DNA of 64,000 nucleotides from a virus (Duplodnaviria; Caudoviricetes): IMG/VR virus record IMGVR_UViG_3300042288_001626; one strand, 5' to 3'. Shown piece by piece: positions 1 to 9,032 of this stretch (position 1 is its first letter; each line of letters starts with the position of its first letter). The notes under the pieces were generated by a model. It saw only the letters and a program-made list of their open reading frames with translations, ran no database searches and was not told where the DNA came from. The position numbers and the translations under genes were made by a program.

Positions 1-1882
1 AGCCTGCACCTTCATAGTGTCTATCATTTACAATGCAGCGATATTGTTTTGTATCAAAGTCATAAACTTTAGCGTTTTCAATAACCACAGCATAAGTTCG
101 CAGTGCGCCTGTAACCTTGTACGCAGGCTTGCCCATGAAATCTACCCGTTCAGCTTTGGTTAGATCTACTGCGGTTTGCAAGAACTGCTTGCTTCTCTCG
201 ATAGCTTCATTCTTTACCTTGTTTACAACCTCGAGCAGAGCCACAATGTCTTGTTTCGTAATCAGCGTCTCCTTGTGGTTAGTCTTCGTTCCATCCTCAG
301 CAACACGCTCGACTTCGAATGTGGTGCATGATAGCAACGCGTCGACAACTTCTTCTGCTGCCCATGTATCGTTTCTGTACCCTGTCCTGTATACCCCGGC
401 AGCGTTGTGTCTGGAATACCAGCGACCGTCGGTTTTCTTGTTAATCGTGTCTACACGCTGTATCAATCTGCCCAGGTTTACACGAACTAGTCGATTATCG
501 CTGATCTCCAGCTTTACTCGCTTGTCTTCTGAGTCGATCCTAAACTTTATCGCAGGGGCACCATTCCCTGGAGTGGATTCTCTCAACTCATTCGAAGTCA
601 TGTTATGAATCTTTACCTTCAAACCATTGGCGATAATGTCGTGGTATTTGAGACTCATCCGGCTGATAGACTTTAAGAATAGCTTGTACTCTTTCTCGTC
701 GTGGTGACAGCTAGCCCTGTAGATAGCTTGAGCAATCTCATCTTTATTTATTCTCACCTTGTTGATATACCTTTGCCCTGTGTCCGAAACAGAAACAGAT
801 ATGGGTATACCGTTGATCGAGACTTCTGGAAGAGTGCCTATCACTTGCTCATCTACTCGAGCATGTGATACCCTGTCTGCTTCAGAGTCTACGTCCCTTT
901 GTAAAGACGCAGCTAGGATATTTGCAATAGTATAAATGTCAAACTCGCCGTTAAAGTTAAGCATGTTGTACAGCAACGACAGCAAGCCAGGGCTGACGAT
1001 ATGTACCTGTTCGTAAGTAGCACTGGTTTTCGACAGAGTGATGTTCTGAATTGTAGTCTTTTCGATCTCGTTGTTTAGCAGCTTACCAAGCACCAGCAGG
1101 GTGGTATTTTTCTTGTAGTCGCTATCAATTAAAGCAGATATCGGAGAGTACTTTAACTTATTAGCCTCAGACAGCTTCTTATTCATTCTGAGTCTGATCA
1201 TTTCGGCATCATAAACATTGATGAAGCAAGAGTTTTTAAGAAAAGACGTCAGTTCAGGCTGAAGCTTACACATAGCAAAGACGTGCGCGGTATTGATGTC
1301 ATAAGCATTAGCTACGACATGTAACGTCTCGTCCTTTTTGAGTTTGTTCTTGTGAGGAATACTCATCAAGAAAAACCCCTGATCCAGATAGTCGTATATG
1401 TCCTCTTCGCTGTGCGCTACAACAGCTGTCTCTACGCTGGCTGAGTTGTCGGCGAACTTTGTTACCAGTCTGTATGTTTTACCAGAGTCGGTATACTCTA
1501 CAGGAACGTTTGCGATAACTAGAGGTCTGTATTCACTGGAAATGTCTTCCGGAATAAGTTTTAGAGTTTTAAATGTTTTTGGATCGTCCTTCATAATGCC
1601 TCTGGCTGTAATATGAGCAGCCTGACAGGCGTTATTAAACGCCTCTGAAGCACTGAATGGAACAGGTACACTCAATCCTGAGGTAGGAACATTTATTAGT
1701 TTTGAGCATGCATGAAACTTGCTGCAGTTTTTAAACTTGAGCTGACTATACTTTAATGAATATACCCAGCTCCAATTTGGTCCGTGGGTAGATGAAATTT
1801 GAATATTGCCTGAGGCTACGTTTTTTGAAACCTCGAGAAACTTCTTGGTGATGTTCTTAAATTCAGCGACGGAAAGATTCAT
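1..1882 (-). CDS. Large hypothetical phage protein, >627 aa, truncated at the left window edge (absent from the ORF track)
   Basis: Manual translation from ATG at 1882 (MNLSVAEFKNITKK...RYINKVRINKDEIAQAIYRASC...YKVTGALRTYAVVIENAKVYDFDTKQYRCIVNDRHYEGAG) found no stop before position 1; the + ORFs 117-608 and 1398-1616 are its antisense shadows. Confidence 0.85.
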   Translation of the reverse strand, partial: MNLSVAEFKNITKKFLEVSKNVASGNIQISSTHGPNWSWVYSLKYSQLKFKNCSKFHACSKLINVPTSGLSVPVPFSASEAFNNACQAAHITARGIMKDDPKTFKTLKLIPEDISSEYRPLVIANVPVEYTDSGKTYRLVTKFADNSASVETAVVAHSEEDIYDYLDQGFFLMSIPHKNKLKKDETLHVVANAYDINTAHVFAMCKLQPELTSFLKNSCFINVYDAEMIRLRMNKKLSEANKLKYSPISALIDSDYKKNTTLLVLGKLLNNEIEKTTIQNITLSKTSATYEQVHIVSPGLLSLLYNMLNFNGEFDIYTIANILAASLQRDVDSEADRVSHARVDEQVIGTLPEVSINGIPISVSVSDTGQRYINKVRINKDEIAQAIYRASCHHDEKEYKLFLKSISRMSLKYHDIIANGLKVKIHNMTSNELRESTPGNGAPAIKFRIDSEDKRVKLEISDNRLVRVNLGRLIQRVDTINKKTDGRWYSRHNAAGVYRTGYRNDTWAAEEVVDALLSCTTFEVERVAEDGTKTNHKETLITKQDIVALLEVVNKVKNEAIERSKQFLQTAVDLTKAERVDFMGKPAYKVTGALRTYAVVIENAKVYDFDTKQYRCIVNDRHYEGAG

Positions 1883-1889
1883 GGTGTTT

Positions 1890-1929
1890 AAAAAAAGAAA
1901 CCCTCCAGAGCACGTGGCCCTGGAGGGTT
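1890..1929 (-). terminator. Rho-independent terminator after the Ubl-like gene
   Basis: Minus strand AACCCTCCAGGG-loop-CTCTGGAGGGTT followed by TCTTTTTTT. Confidence 0.75.
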
Positions 1930-1956
1930 ATGGTTAAACCTGCGTGAGCGAGTCGA

Positions 1957-2292
1957 CTAGTTCAGCAGACCCCCGCCCATCACAACACCAGTGAGCATTA
2001 CCTGTGCTGCAGGGTTGTTAACAAGCGCCTGACGCAGCTTTTGCTGATTGGCTTCTGTGCGTACATTGCTTCCTTCGAACTGGAACGGAGTGCCGTTGAT
2101 GTACACCCAATGCGCCTTCTTTTCCACACGGTCAAGAATGTTTTCCGTGGCTTGTTCCATGGAAAGATCTGCAAGAGTGGTGTGGCCTGTGGAATCTGCG
2201 ATTTCTACTTTGTAGTTGTTCATGATAATAGAGGAGGTTGCTTCGATAGAGGTGGAGTTGTTGATTTCGGAGGAGATGATGTTGTTGTTCAT
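1957..2292 (-). CDS. ThiS/MoaD/ubiquitin-like (beta-grasp) small protein with a GG(G)-LLN C-terminus; alternative start 2223
   Basis: Pattern YKVEIADSTGHTTL...WVYING...VMLTGVVMGGGLLN resembles ThiS/MoaD (VxVNG...VxGG) with a short tail after the diglycine. Confidence 0.55.
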   Translation of the reverse strand: MNNNIISSEINNSTSIEATSSIIMNNYKVEIADSTGHTTLADLSMEQATENILDRVEKKAHWVYINGTPFQFEGSNVRTEANQQKLRQALVNNPAAQVMLTGVVMGGGLLN

Positions 2293-2326
2293 TGCTGTTT
2301 TTTTGTTTTGGTTTGTTACTCTACAC

Positions 2327-2659
2327 TTACTCAGGTAAAACTACCATATCAGTGATAAACTCACTCTCTGGAATCGGAACTAATCTAATAAGGGTACCAG
2401 TTTCCTCATCATAATGCTCTATTGGCTTCATAACGGTCATACCCTCTTCAGCTGCTTGAGCTGCGCTTAATTGTTGCTGCCTTAATAGATCCTGATCTCC
2501 TGTCAGAGGAATAACATTCTCGGAAGGTTTTAAAAACGGATCATAGACAGCCACAGACTCATACACCTCTACAGTCGTATCGGTTTGTGTATCTAAAACA
2601 CTTTCAATTGAGGCTTCTACTGTAATGCTTGTATCTTTGTTTGGTGTTGAGTCGCTCAT
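2327..2659 (-). CDS. Acidic hypothetical protein
   Basis: 110-aa ORF in the minus-strand gene string with an A-rich start context. Confidence 0.7.
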   Translation of the reverse strand: MSDSTPNKDTSITVEASIESVLDTQTDTTVEVYESVAVYDPFLKPSENVIPLTGDQDLLRQQQLSAAQAAEEGMTVMKPIEHYDEETGTLIRLVPIPESEFITDMVVLPE

Positions 2660-2711
2660 AATTATCTAATTTTTAATAAAAAATGTTCTGAGGGGAAAAA
2701 CTATTCTATAT

Positions 2712-3527
2712 CTATTTGGTCTGAGACTCAAACATTTGTTTTGCTACAACCAGCAACTGAGGGAGACAGCCGAGCTTTTCAATAACTGCCATATAGTTGC
2801 AGCCTTTTTTGGCTTTTTGAGCTAGATTGATTCTGGCCTCAAGCCCGAGACCATAATCTGACAGCTGCTTGCCGGAGGTTTCCAGAGCAGAGGCGATTTG
2901 TCTATCGAACTCCTCATACATGGCTGTATACATTCGCCCTTTAATACGACCAAATTCCACATCATCTGTGCGGTTTTCCTCTAGGGCTGTGACGATAGCA
3001 AAATTATCTACAAGAGAATTGATTCTTGTTCTTAGCACCTGCTCAGGAGAAGGAGCTGGCTTGGCTTCCTTAGGAGCATCCTGCCCAGGCTTACGAACAC
3101 TTGACGGGTCGATAGTAATTTTAGAAAGGTCGAACTCTTTAGGTTCAACTTTCTTGGTTTCTTTTGCTCTCAAATCTCCAAGTGTTTCAAAAGGAAACAG
3201 GTGCTGTTCTGCCTCTACCCTGCCCGGCTTTGCAGTGTTCCTGGATGCTCTTGCAGCGATTTTCTTATCCTTGCTTTCCATCTGCAGATTACGAGCATTC
3301 CTGAACTGTGTGATGGTCACAAGTCTCCTGTCCTGGCTGTTTGAACCGTCCGAAACGCGAGCGACAATAGGAGGAATTAGAAGGAAGTTTACAAACTTTC
3401 TTCCGAAGGCTGCGATCAGATCATGCAATACAAGATATTTTGATCCCCGGATTTCTACCGTACGGCAGCTGAATCCGTTAACTTTTGTATGTGATGCTCT
3501 ATAGATTACTTTTGATAGTGTATTCAT
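2712..3527 (-). CDS. Possible Bro-N-like/ORF6C-like DNA-binding (antirepressor-type) protein
   Basis: N-terminal RTVEIRGSKYLVLHDL resembles Bro-N; helical C-terminus (RINSLVDNF...MYEEF...LEAR...VIEKLG) resembles ORF6C; weak manual similarity. Confidence 0.45.
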   Translation of the reverse strand: MNTLSKVIYRASHTKVNGFSCRTVEIRGSKYLVLHDLIAAFGRKFVNFLLIPPIVARVSDGSNSQDRRLVTITQFRNARNLQMESKDKKIAARASRNTAKPGRVEAEQHLFPFETLGDLRAKETKKVEPKEFDLSKITIDPSSVRKPGQDAPKEAKPAPSPEQVLRTRINSLVDNFAIVTALEENRTDDVEFGRIKGRMYTAMYEEFDRQIASALETSGKQLSDYGLGLEARINLAQKAKKGCNYMAVIEKLGCLPQLLVVAKQMFESQTK

Positions 3528-3546
3528 GTTTTTGTTTTGTGTGTAG

Positions 3547-4272
3547 TTATCTGTGAATCGGAAAACGAACGTGTCTAATTTTCCCTGTTTTTAATTTTCT
3601 ATCTATACATACTCGGCATCTCGCACATGCTCCTAGCTGTTTTGTATTTTTTGTTTTGCCTGTAACCTCAGGACAATCAAGCACGGCACGATCGCTAATT
3701 TCCTCAGGCATGTTGTCTCCCATCCAAGCGATACCGAGGTTAGGATTGTCTTTATGTTCAGCGTAAGTCTTCAATACCTTATCCTTGTTTACAGGATCAC
3801 AACTTAGCATCAAAGTTAAATTCGCAGCCTCCAGCAAAACAGGTACAGCGAACAGACTTCTTGTATAGGCCCAGAACTTTACAGAAGGATACTTCAACAT
3901 TACATCTTTCCAGGCAGAGGCGTACGTTTTATTGAAAAAGTCTCCTCCTGTATGTATGCGGAAATAAGGATCTTTGTCTCCTCCAGTTAATAGCCATTTC
4001 GACACAGTATTATCTATCACACAAAACATTTCTTCTTTGGTCTTACCTAAAACCAAAGAAGTATTGAAGTCCTCTACAGCGGCATAGGCCTTGTACAGTT
4101 TACGCAGATTTTTATCATAGCAAACCTCGAGACATCCTTCAGGACCTTCAGTAGCCATAGGACAAGTGCCTCCCTCCTCGGGCGGACCTTGAGTCAGACT
4201 AAATGTGTTGTTGTGTTTTGGAGAGAATCTTACCTTGCTATTATTGGTTAATTTAAAGCTTTGATAGTGCAT
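3547..4272 (-). CDS. Gene product 88 (GP88) family, radical-SAM-like protein; likely start ATG 4272
   Basis: TFSL...TCP-x9-CLEVCY, FRIHTGGDFF, FWAYTRS, C-terminal CPEVTG...ACARCRVC; ATG lies 2 nt after the polymerase stop. Confidence 0.75.
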   Translation of the reverse strand: MHYQSFKLTNNSKVRFSPKHNNTFSLTQGPPEEGGTCPMATEGPEGCLEVCYDKNLRKLYKAYAAVEDFNTSLVLGKTKEEMFCVIDNTVSKWLLTGGDKDPYFRIHTGGDFFNKTYASAWKDVMLKYPSVKFWAYTRSLFAVPVLLEAANLTLMLSCDPVNKDKVLKTYAEHKDNPNLGIAWMGDNMPEEISDRAVLDCPEVTGKTKNTKQLGACARCRVCIDRKLKTGKIRHVRFPIHR

Positions 4273-4273
4273 A

Positions 4274-6988
4274 CTAATCTTTCCAATCCCAGCGTTCTTG
4301 TTCAAAGTTCCATTGGGTTTCTTTCTCAAATATCTTCGGACCTTTCCAGCGATCTGATATAACTATCTCGCAACCCACACTGTCTCCTGTGGCTAATCGT
4401 GTATGATCGCAAAAAACGTACTTCATCATCTCTTGAATATAATTGTCTTTTAATAGATCTTTGTGCACCGCCAAGTAAATGGCGTCATGTACCGTATTCA
4501 CAGGCAGCACATAGTTCATCCATAGATTTTCCTTTTTAAGGATAGCTTTGAGATTAACAGACGCATGCCACATAAAGTTAGCTAGCTCACTCGCTACAGG
4601 AAAAGCTAGAGCCTCGTTCTTCCAGCCAGCTAAGATACCAAAGTTGTCAGTTTCTTCATATGTCAAAACTTGTCCTCTGGCGTTGGTAATTCTCTTGAAT
4701 GATTCTACCTCGTTTGTGCACTGGTCTCTGTATAGCATATATCTTTCATACCTCTTCCAGGTAGTTAGCGCATACTCGATAGTTCCTAGAGAAACACTCA
4801 ATCCGTTCTCAGCATAGATGTCCGCTTGAATAGGTATAGCGGCTCCCATAAGTCCTGACGTATAGGAAACTCTGAACGTGATGCTCTTCGCAATAACATA
4901 TTTACTAACATCTTTTTTTGTTAGTGTCGCATCGTTGAAATACTCACGCATTTTCGTTTGGTGAAAATTACCTGCACGAATGTCGTGAATAAAGTCAGGG
5001 TCTTTAGACAGAAAGGCCATGATTGCCAGGTCTGCACCAGCAACGTCCAACTCCAGCCAGTGGTAGTTTTCCATACCTGTACAGAAAATATTCCTGATAT
5101 TTTTTGGAATAAGATGAGAAACCTTTTTCTGTTCGTCAGAATCAAACTTACTATATCCCGGAACAAAGATGTCTGGAATATAGGCCAAAACTTTTGAAGC
5201 AGGATTCTGTACATTAGGACTACTGCTTGCCCTAAAGTTTTTCAAGCACTCGAAGAAACTTGCATGAATTCTACCATCATTACAGATGGCTGCCCAGTAG
5301 CTCTGCTTTAACGGCTCATCTGTATCTTCGTCAAAGTCAGAATCGGCGTCAGCAGCAATGCCTTTCTTGCTCAAGAATTTTGTAGCAAATACCCCGACAC
5401 GGCTTACATTCAACAGAAGTGTGATTGCTTTATGTGCGGCCTCCAAAGTCTCAGGGTCTCGTTTATCTTCCGGAAGGAGCATATCGTTATTAAAGATAGC
5501 TTCTTCAAGTTGAAATTTAATAGTCGATAAACTTTTGCCGTTTGTTGAGGGCTCATACATCTTTTGAGTTTGAGGCTTTTGCTTATCGTACCAAGCCTTA
5601 CTCTTAGGACTCTTGCCTGATTTAGTGTAATAGGCAGGCTCAACCATCAAAGTCTTGTAGAGCAGATCTTTTTTCTGAGGAGCACTGTTTGGATTGAAAT
5701 CTTCTACTCCAAATCTTTCACTGAGGAAAGCTACAAGCTCTTGTTTTAACTCTTCATACTTTTCAGTATATTTCACCGTAATCTCTTCAAGAACCTGCTT
5801 ATCCACACCAATGCCAGTCATCTCCATATCTGTGAGATAGTGAGTTAGTGGTAAATAGATGTCGTAATAATAGCTGCGTAACTCTTTAGGGAACGCTTCC
5901 ATCATATTCAAGCAAGCCTCTCTGTGACTTACCGCATCACCAGCACAGTAGTGATAGTATATATCAGGCTCAAGAAACTTCATCTTAGCCATCTCACTCT
6001 TGGCTAGTTTATGTTCCTTCATCTTTCTATTCAAGGCAGTATAGTACGGCTCATAGTTGGTGAAGGCTTTGATGCCTGTCTCCAACCCTTTGGGCAGTCT
6101 GCTGTCGAAGAAAGCAACAGCCTTCATACCGTCGAAGGCTAGTGTTTCATCAGGAGGATGAATGCCTCTGTGTCTGAGTCGCAGATCGTCAACGCGGATA
6201 TTCCAGCCCATACGCCTTGCTTGAGGATGCTCAAGCATCAGCTTCATAGTATTCAGAAGCTCACGATTCTCAGTTACCCCGTCTTTGCTGATATTTAATA
6301 CTATCGCTATATCTTTTTCGCAAGAGTACTGAAAATCATACATAACCTCGTCGTCGGTGTATTTGTTGCCAAACCACTCGGCGTCATAACCTATATCAAA
6401 CATACCTTGGTTGATATATTTCTGCAGCATTTTTGTGTTCTCTGCAGGGTCGTCTATGACTAGGTACTGGTATCTGTCGTAATTGACATCGTTCGCCATA
6501 ACTTTCTTAGCGAACACAAAAACATCTCTGAACTCTGGGCGCTTGGTAGGATCCATAGCAACAATCATCCCAGGTGCGTAGTTAGCGACAACCTTCCCGT
6601 ACGGAGTATCTACAGTTTCTCCAAGATAGTCGCCCATCTTGATATTGGTGCGCATGATTCTTTTGAACGCTTCTGCACCCATAGGCATGATGAGCTTAGG
6701 CTTTATTTCTTCGATTTCAGCATCAAGCTCAGCTCGCCAATATTCTATATCTTCCGCAGTAGGTTTTGGTTTGCTGCCTATACCGTACTTTACTGTAGCG
6801 GTCATATACACTTTATCTAGGGGAATTCCCGCTAGTTCCAAGGCAGACAACACCTCGTCAGCACTCATACCTGCTTTACCGAAAGATTTAGCCTCCAAAT
6901 CGTCTTTGTTTGGATGACTAAATACAATCATCAATTCAGGCTTGCTGTCGTCTAGTCTGAACGGAGCTACTCTAATTTTTTCTGACAT
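4274..6988 (-). CDS. polA: Family A DNA polymerase with an N-terminal UDG-like domain and a 3'-5' exonuclease
   Basis: UDG-family-4-like N-terminus (VYMTATVKY...EIEEIKPKLIMPMG); exonuclease GYDAE; motif A LELDVAGADL, motif B AKSITFRVSY, motif C TVHDA. Confidence 0.93.
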   Translation of the reverse strand: MSEKIRVAPFRLDDSKPELMIVFSHPNKDDLEAKSFGKAGMSADEVLSALELAGIPLDKVYMTATVKYGIGSKPKPTAEDIEYWRAELDAEIEEIKPKLIMPMGAEAFKRIMRTNIKMGDYLGETVDTPYGKVVANYAPGMIVAMDPTKRPEFRDVFVFAKKVMANDVNYDRYQYLVIDDPAENTKMLQKYINQGMFDIGYDAEWFGNKYTDDEVMYDFQYSCEKDIAIVLNISKDGVTENRELLNTMKLMLEHPQARRMGWNIRVDDLRLRHRGIHPPDETLAFDGMKAVAFFDSRLPKGLETGIKAFTNYEPYYTALNRKMKEHKLAKSEMAKMKFLEPDIYYHYCAGDAVSHREACLNMMEAFPKELRSYYYDIYLPLTHYLTDMEMTGIGVDKQVLEEITVKYTEKYEELKQELVAFLSERFGVEDFNPNSAPQKKDLLYKTLMVEPAYYTKSGKSPKSKAWYDKQKPQTQKMYEPSTNGKSLSTIKFQLEEAIFNNDMLLPEDKRDPETLEAAHKAITLLLNVSRVGVFATKFLSKKGIAADADSDFDEDTDEPLKQSYWAAICNDGRIHASFFECLKNFRASSSPNVQNPASKVLAYIPDIFVPGYSKFDSDEQKKVSHLIPKNIRNIFCTGMENYHWLELDVAGADLAIMAFLSKDPDFIHDIRAGNFHQTKMREYFNDATLTKKDVSKYVIAKSITFRVSYTSGLMGAAIPIQADIYAENGLSVSLGTIEYALTTWKRYERYMLYRDQCTNEVESFKRITNARGQVLTYEETDNFGILAGWKNEALAFPVASELANFMWHASVNLKAILKKENLWMNYVLPVNTVHDAIYLAVHKDLLKDNYIQEMMKYVFCDHTRLATGDSVGCEIVISDRWKGPKIFEKETQWNFEQERWDWKD

Positions 6989-6990
6989 AA

Positions 6991-8418
6991 TTATTCTTTA
7001 CTATGAAACCCTGTTTTTGCTGAAGGCAACAGGCTGACTTTCTTTGGAGGAATATTTTTGAAGTTACTTCTCTGCTGACTGTTTTTCTTGTCCTTGTCTT
7101 CCTCCTTGATTCTGTCCTCTGCTGCTTTGTCGTGCTGTTCAAAATTCATGAACTCTAGCTCAGCAAAATAATCAAACTGGAAATTCTTAGCATGACGAGA
7201 CTTTAGACTGAATATACTGACGATAGAGTCTTGGGCACTATCACGTCCAATAGCCAACACCATATCAGCAGGCTTTAATATACCTTTGAATCCTGAGATT
7301 TCTGCATTCGTGAATTTCCTTGTCATCTTGCCGCCTGCCTGATGAAGCAGCCATACAGAGAAAGGATGCACTCCACCAATCAAATGATTGCTCAGATCGT
7401 CGACCTCAAAAGATACCTTCGCATACTTCTGCCACTCTGCATCATATTTTTCGTTGGTGGTCATGTAGTCCATCTGATCAATGTATACCAGATCAGGGTG
7501 GTACCCTTGTTCCTCATACAATCTATCCAGGTAGTTAGCTATAAATTTAGCTGTCAAGGGTGTCGCATCACGCAAGTCGTGTACCTTGATGTTGTCCTGT
7601 AACCCTTCTCTTGTACGACAATCCATGTACTGGAAAGAATCTTGCAAATCTCTCTGAATTATGGAATTTCCTTTGTGTAGATCGGTGTACGGTATTCTGA
7701 ACACATTACTATAGAGTCGACTACAAATATTTTGTGCAGGTTCCTCCAAAGATAGGTACAAAACTTTCTTTCTCATCTTAGCGTTTTGTATGGCTGAGTA
7801 GGTGGCTACTGCAGTTTTCCCGCTGCCTGAGTGTCCAAGGATGATTCCCATTTCCTGGTAATTTAAACCTCTGGAGGCTGTGTCTACAGCAGCAAAGCCT
7901 GTAAGCAAACTTTCCCTGTGTTCAACCAATACAAGCTCGGAGAAGGGGCTAAACTCTTTGATATGAGATTTACTATCTTTTATCTCAATATCTCCGAGTA
8001 GCTTGCTTGCAGCGCTTAGGAGTTCCTCAGGGCTATTCAACTTATCAAGCTTCATCACCTGATAGCGTCTTGCCTTTATGAACCCTGCAAGATTTTCACG
8101 AATATACTCAGCATTTGTAGGCTCTCCGCTGTATATGTTTTCCCAGAACGCTACCACATTAGGTTTGTCTGCATCCAGAACCCCGTGTGTCTTTAGCGCT
8201 GATTGTAGATGAGCCAGACACAGTTGACTGTTGATAGGGGCAACGCCTACAGCTAGTGCAGCAGATACAAAAGCACGGTAAATATTGATCGTACCAAAAT
8301 CCTCAGGTTTCACCTGAAGGTCTACAGCTTTCTGCATCACCTGCCTATCTAGAAACAGACAACGGATAACTAACTCTATATAATCTGCGTTATTGTAAAT
8401 ATCTGCATTATTACTCAT
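6991..8418 (-). CDS. dnaB: DnaB-like (SF4) replicative helicase
   Basis: Walker A GHSGSGKT, VLYLSLEE, VYIDQMDY, LKSRH; adjacent to the polymerase. Confidence 0.85.
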   Translation of the reverse strand: MSNNADIYNNADYIELVIRCLFLDRQVMQKAVDLQVKPEDFGTINIYRAFVSAALAVGVAPINSQLCLAHLQSALKTHGVLDADKPNVVAFWENIYSGEPTNAEYIRENLAGFIKARRYQVMKLDKLNSPEELLSAASKLLGDIEIKDSKSHIKEFSPFSELVLVEHRESLLTGFAAVDTASRGLNYQEMGIILGHSGSGKTAVATYSAIQNAKMRKKVLYLSLEEPAQNICSRLYSNVFRIPYTDLHKGNSIIQRDLQDSFQYMDCRTREGLQDNIKVHDLRDATPLTAKFIANYLDRLYEEQGYHPDLVYIDQMDYMTTNEKYDAEWQKYAKVSFEVDDLSNHLIGGVHPFSVWLLHQAGGKMTRKFTNAEISGFKGILKPADMVLAIGRDSAQDSIVSIFSLKSRHAKNFQFDYFAELEFMNFEQHDKAAEDRIKEEDKDKKNSQQRSNFKNIPPKKVSLLPSAKTGFHSKE

Positions 8419-9032
8419 ATTGAAAAGCGATCCAAATCAAGTCCGTTTTGAACAATAAAGTCCTTCAAAGCCTGGGTCATTTCTTTCCTGGCAATATGAC
8501 GATATTTTTCTATAATTTTCATATTGCGTTCTTCTGTGCTGAGAATTCTGAACCAGCCAAAGAACTTCAATGAGCTGTCGAGCATAAGCTCCTCGTATGT
8601 TTCATCAGGACGCAAAAGTCTACGAGCCAGGTTTTCTTGATGCTCCCATAAATCTCTATAATCTAGATTAGCGTTTGTTATTTCTACCACGTAGCTAGTC
8701 TCGCCTTGAGATTGCCAGGACTTCAAGAGAGCCTCAACTTTTTCTCCTCGGATATGCTCTGGAGTGAAGAATTGTACTTTAGGCTCCATCCTCTCGTACA
8801 TTTTTTGTATGTATGTGGATGGAGGCAGCTCATAGTCTGCACACAACACAGCAGCCTCTTTGAAGTAGTCGTCCCAGGTATTAGAGGGATTATACGTGTA
8901 ATTTTTTATCGTTAATCTTTTTTTCTCGCAGAAGTAATGCACCAGGTCTTCTACAATTGAAGGGTCTGCGAACTCTTTCCTTTGCGCTGCTTTTTTACGC
9001 TTAGCGACGTCTTTAGTTTGTTCCTCACTCAT
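8415..9032 (-). CDS. Hypothetical protein between primase and helicase (possible loader)
   Basis: 205-aa ORF overlapping both neighbours by 4 nt; function inferred from position only. Confidence 0.7.
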   Translation of the reverse strand: MSEEQTKDVAKRKKAAQRKEFADPSIVEDLVHYFCEKKRLTIKNYTYNPSNTWDDYFKEAAVLCADYELPPSTYIQKMYERMEPKVQFFTPEHIRGEKVEALLKSWQSQGETSYVVEITNANLDYRDLWEHQENLARRLLRPDETYEELMLDSSLKFFGWFRILSTEERNMKIIEKYRHIARKEMTQALKDFIVQNGLDLDRFSI

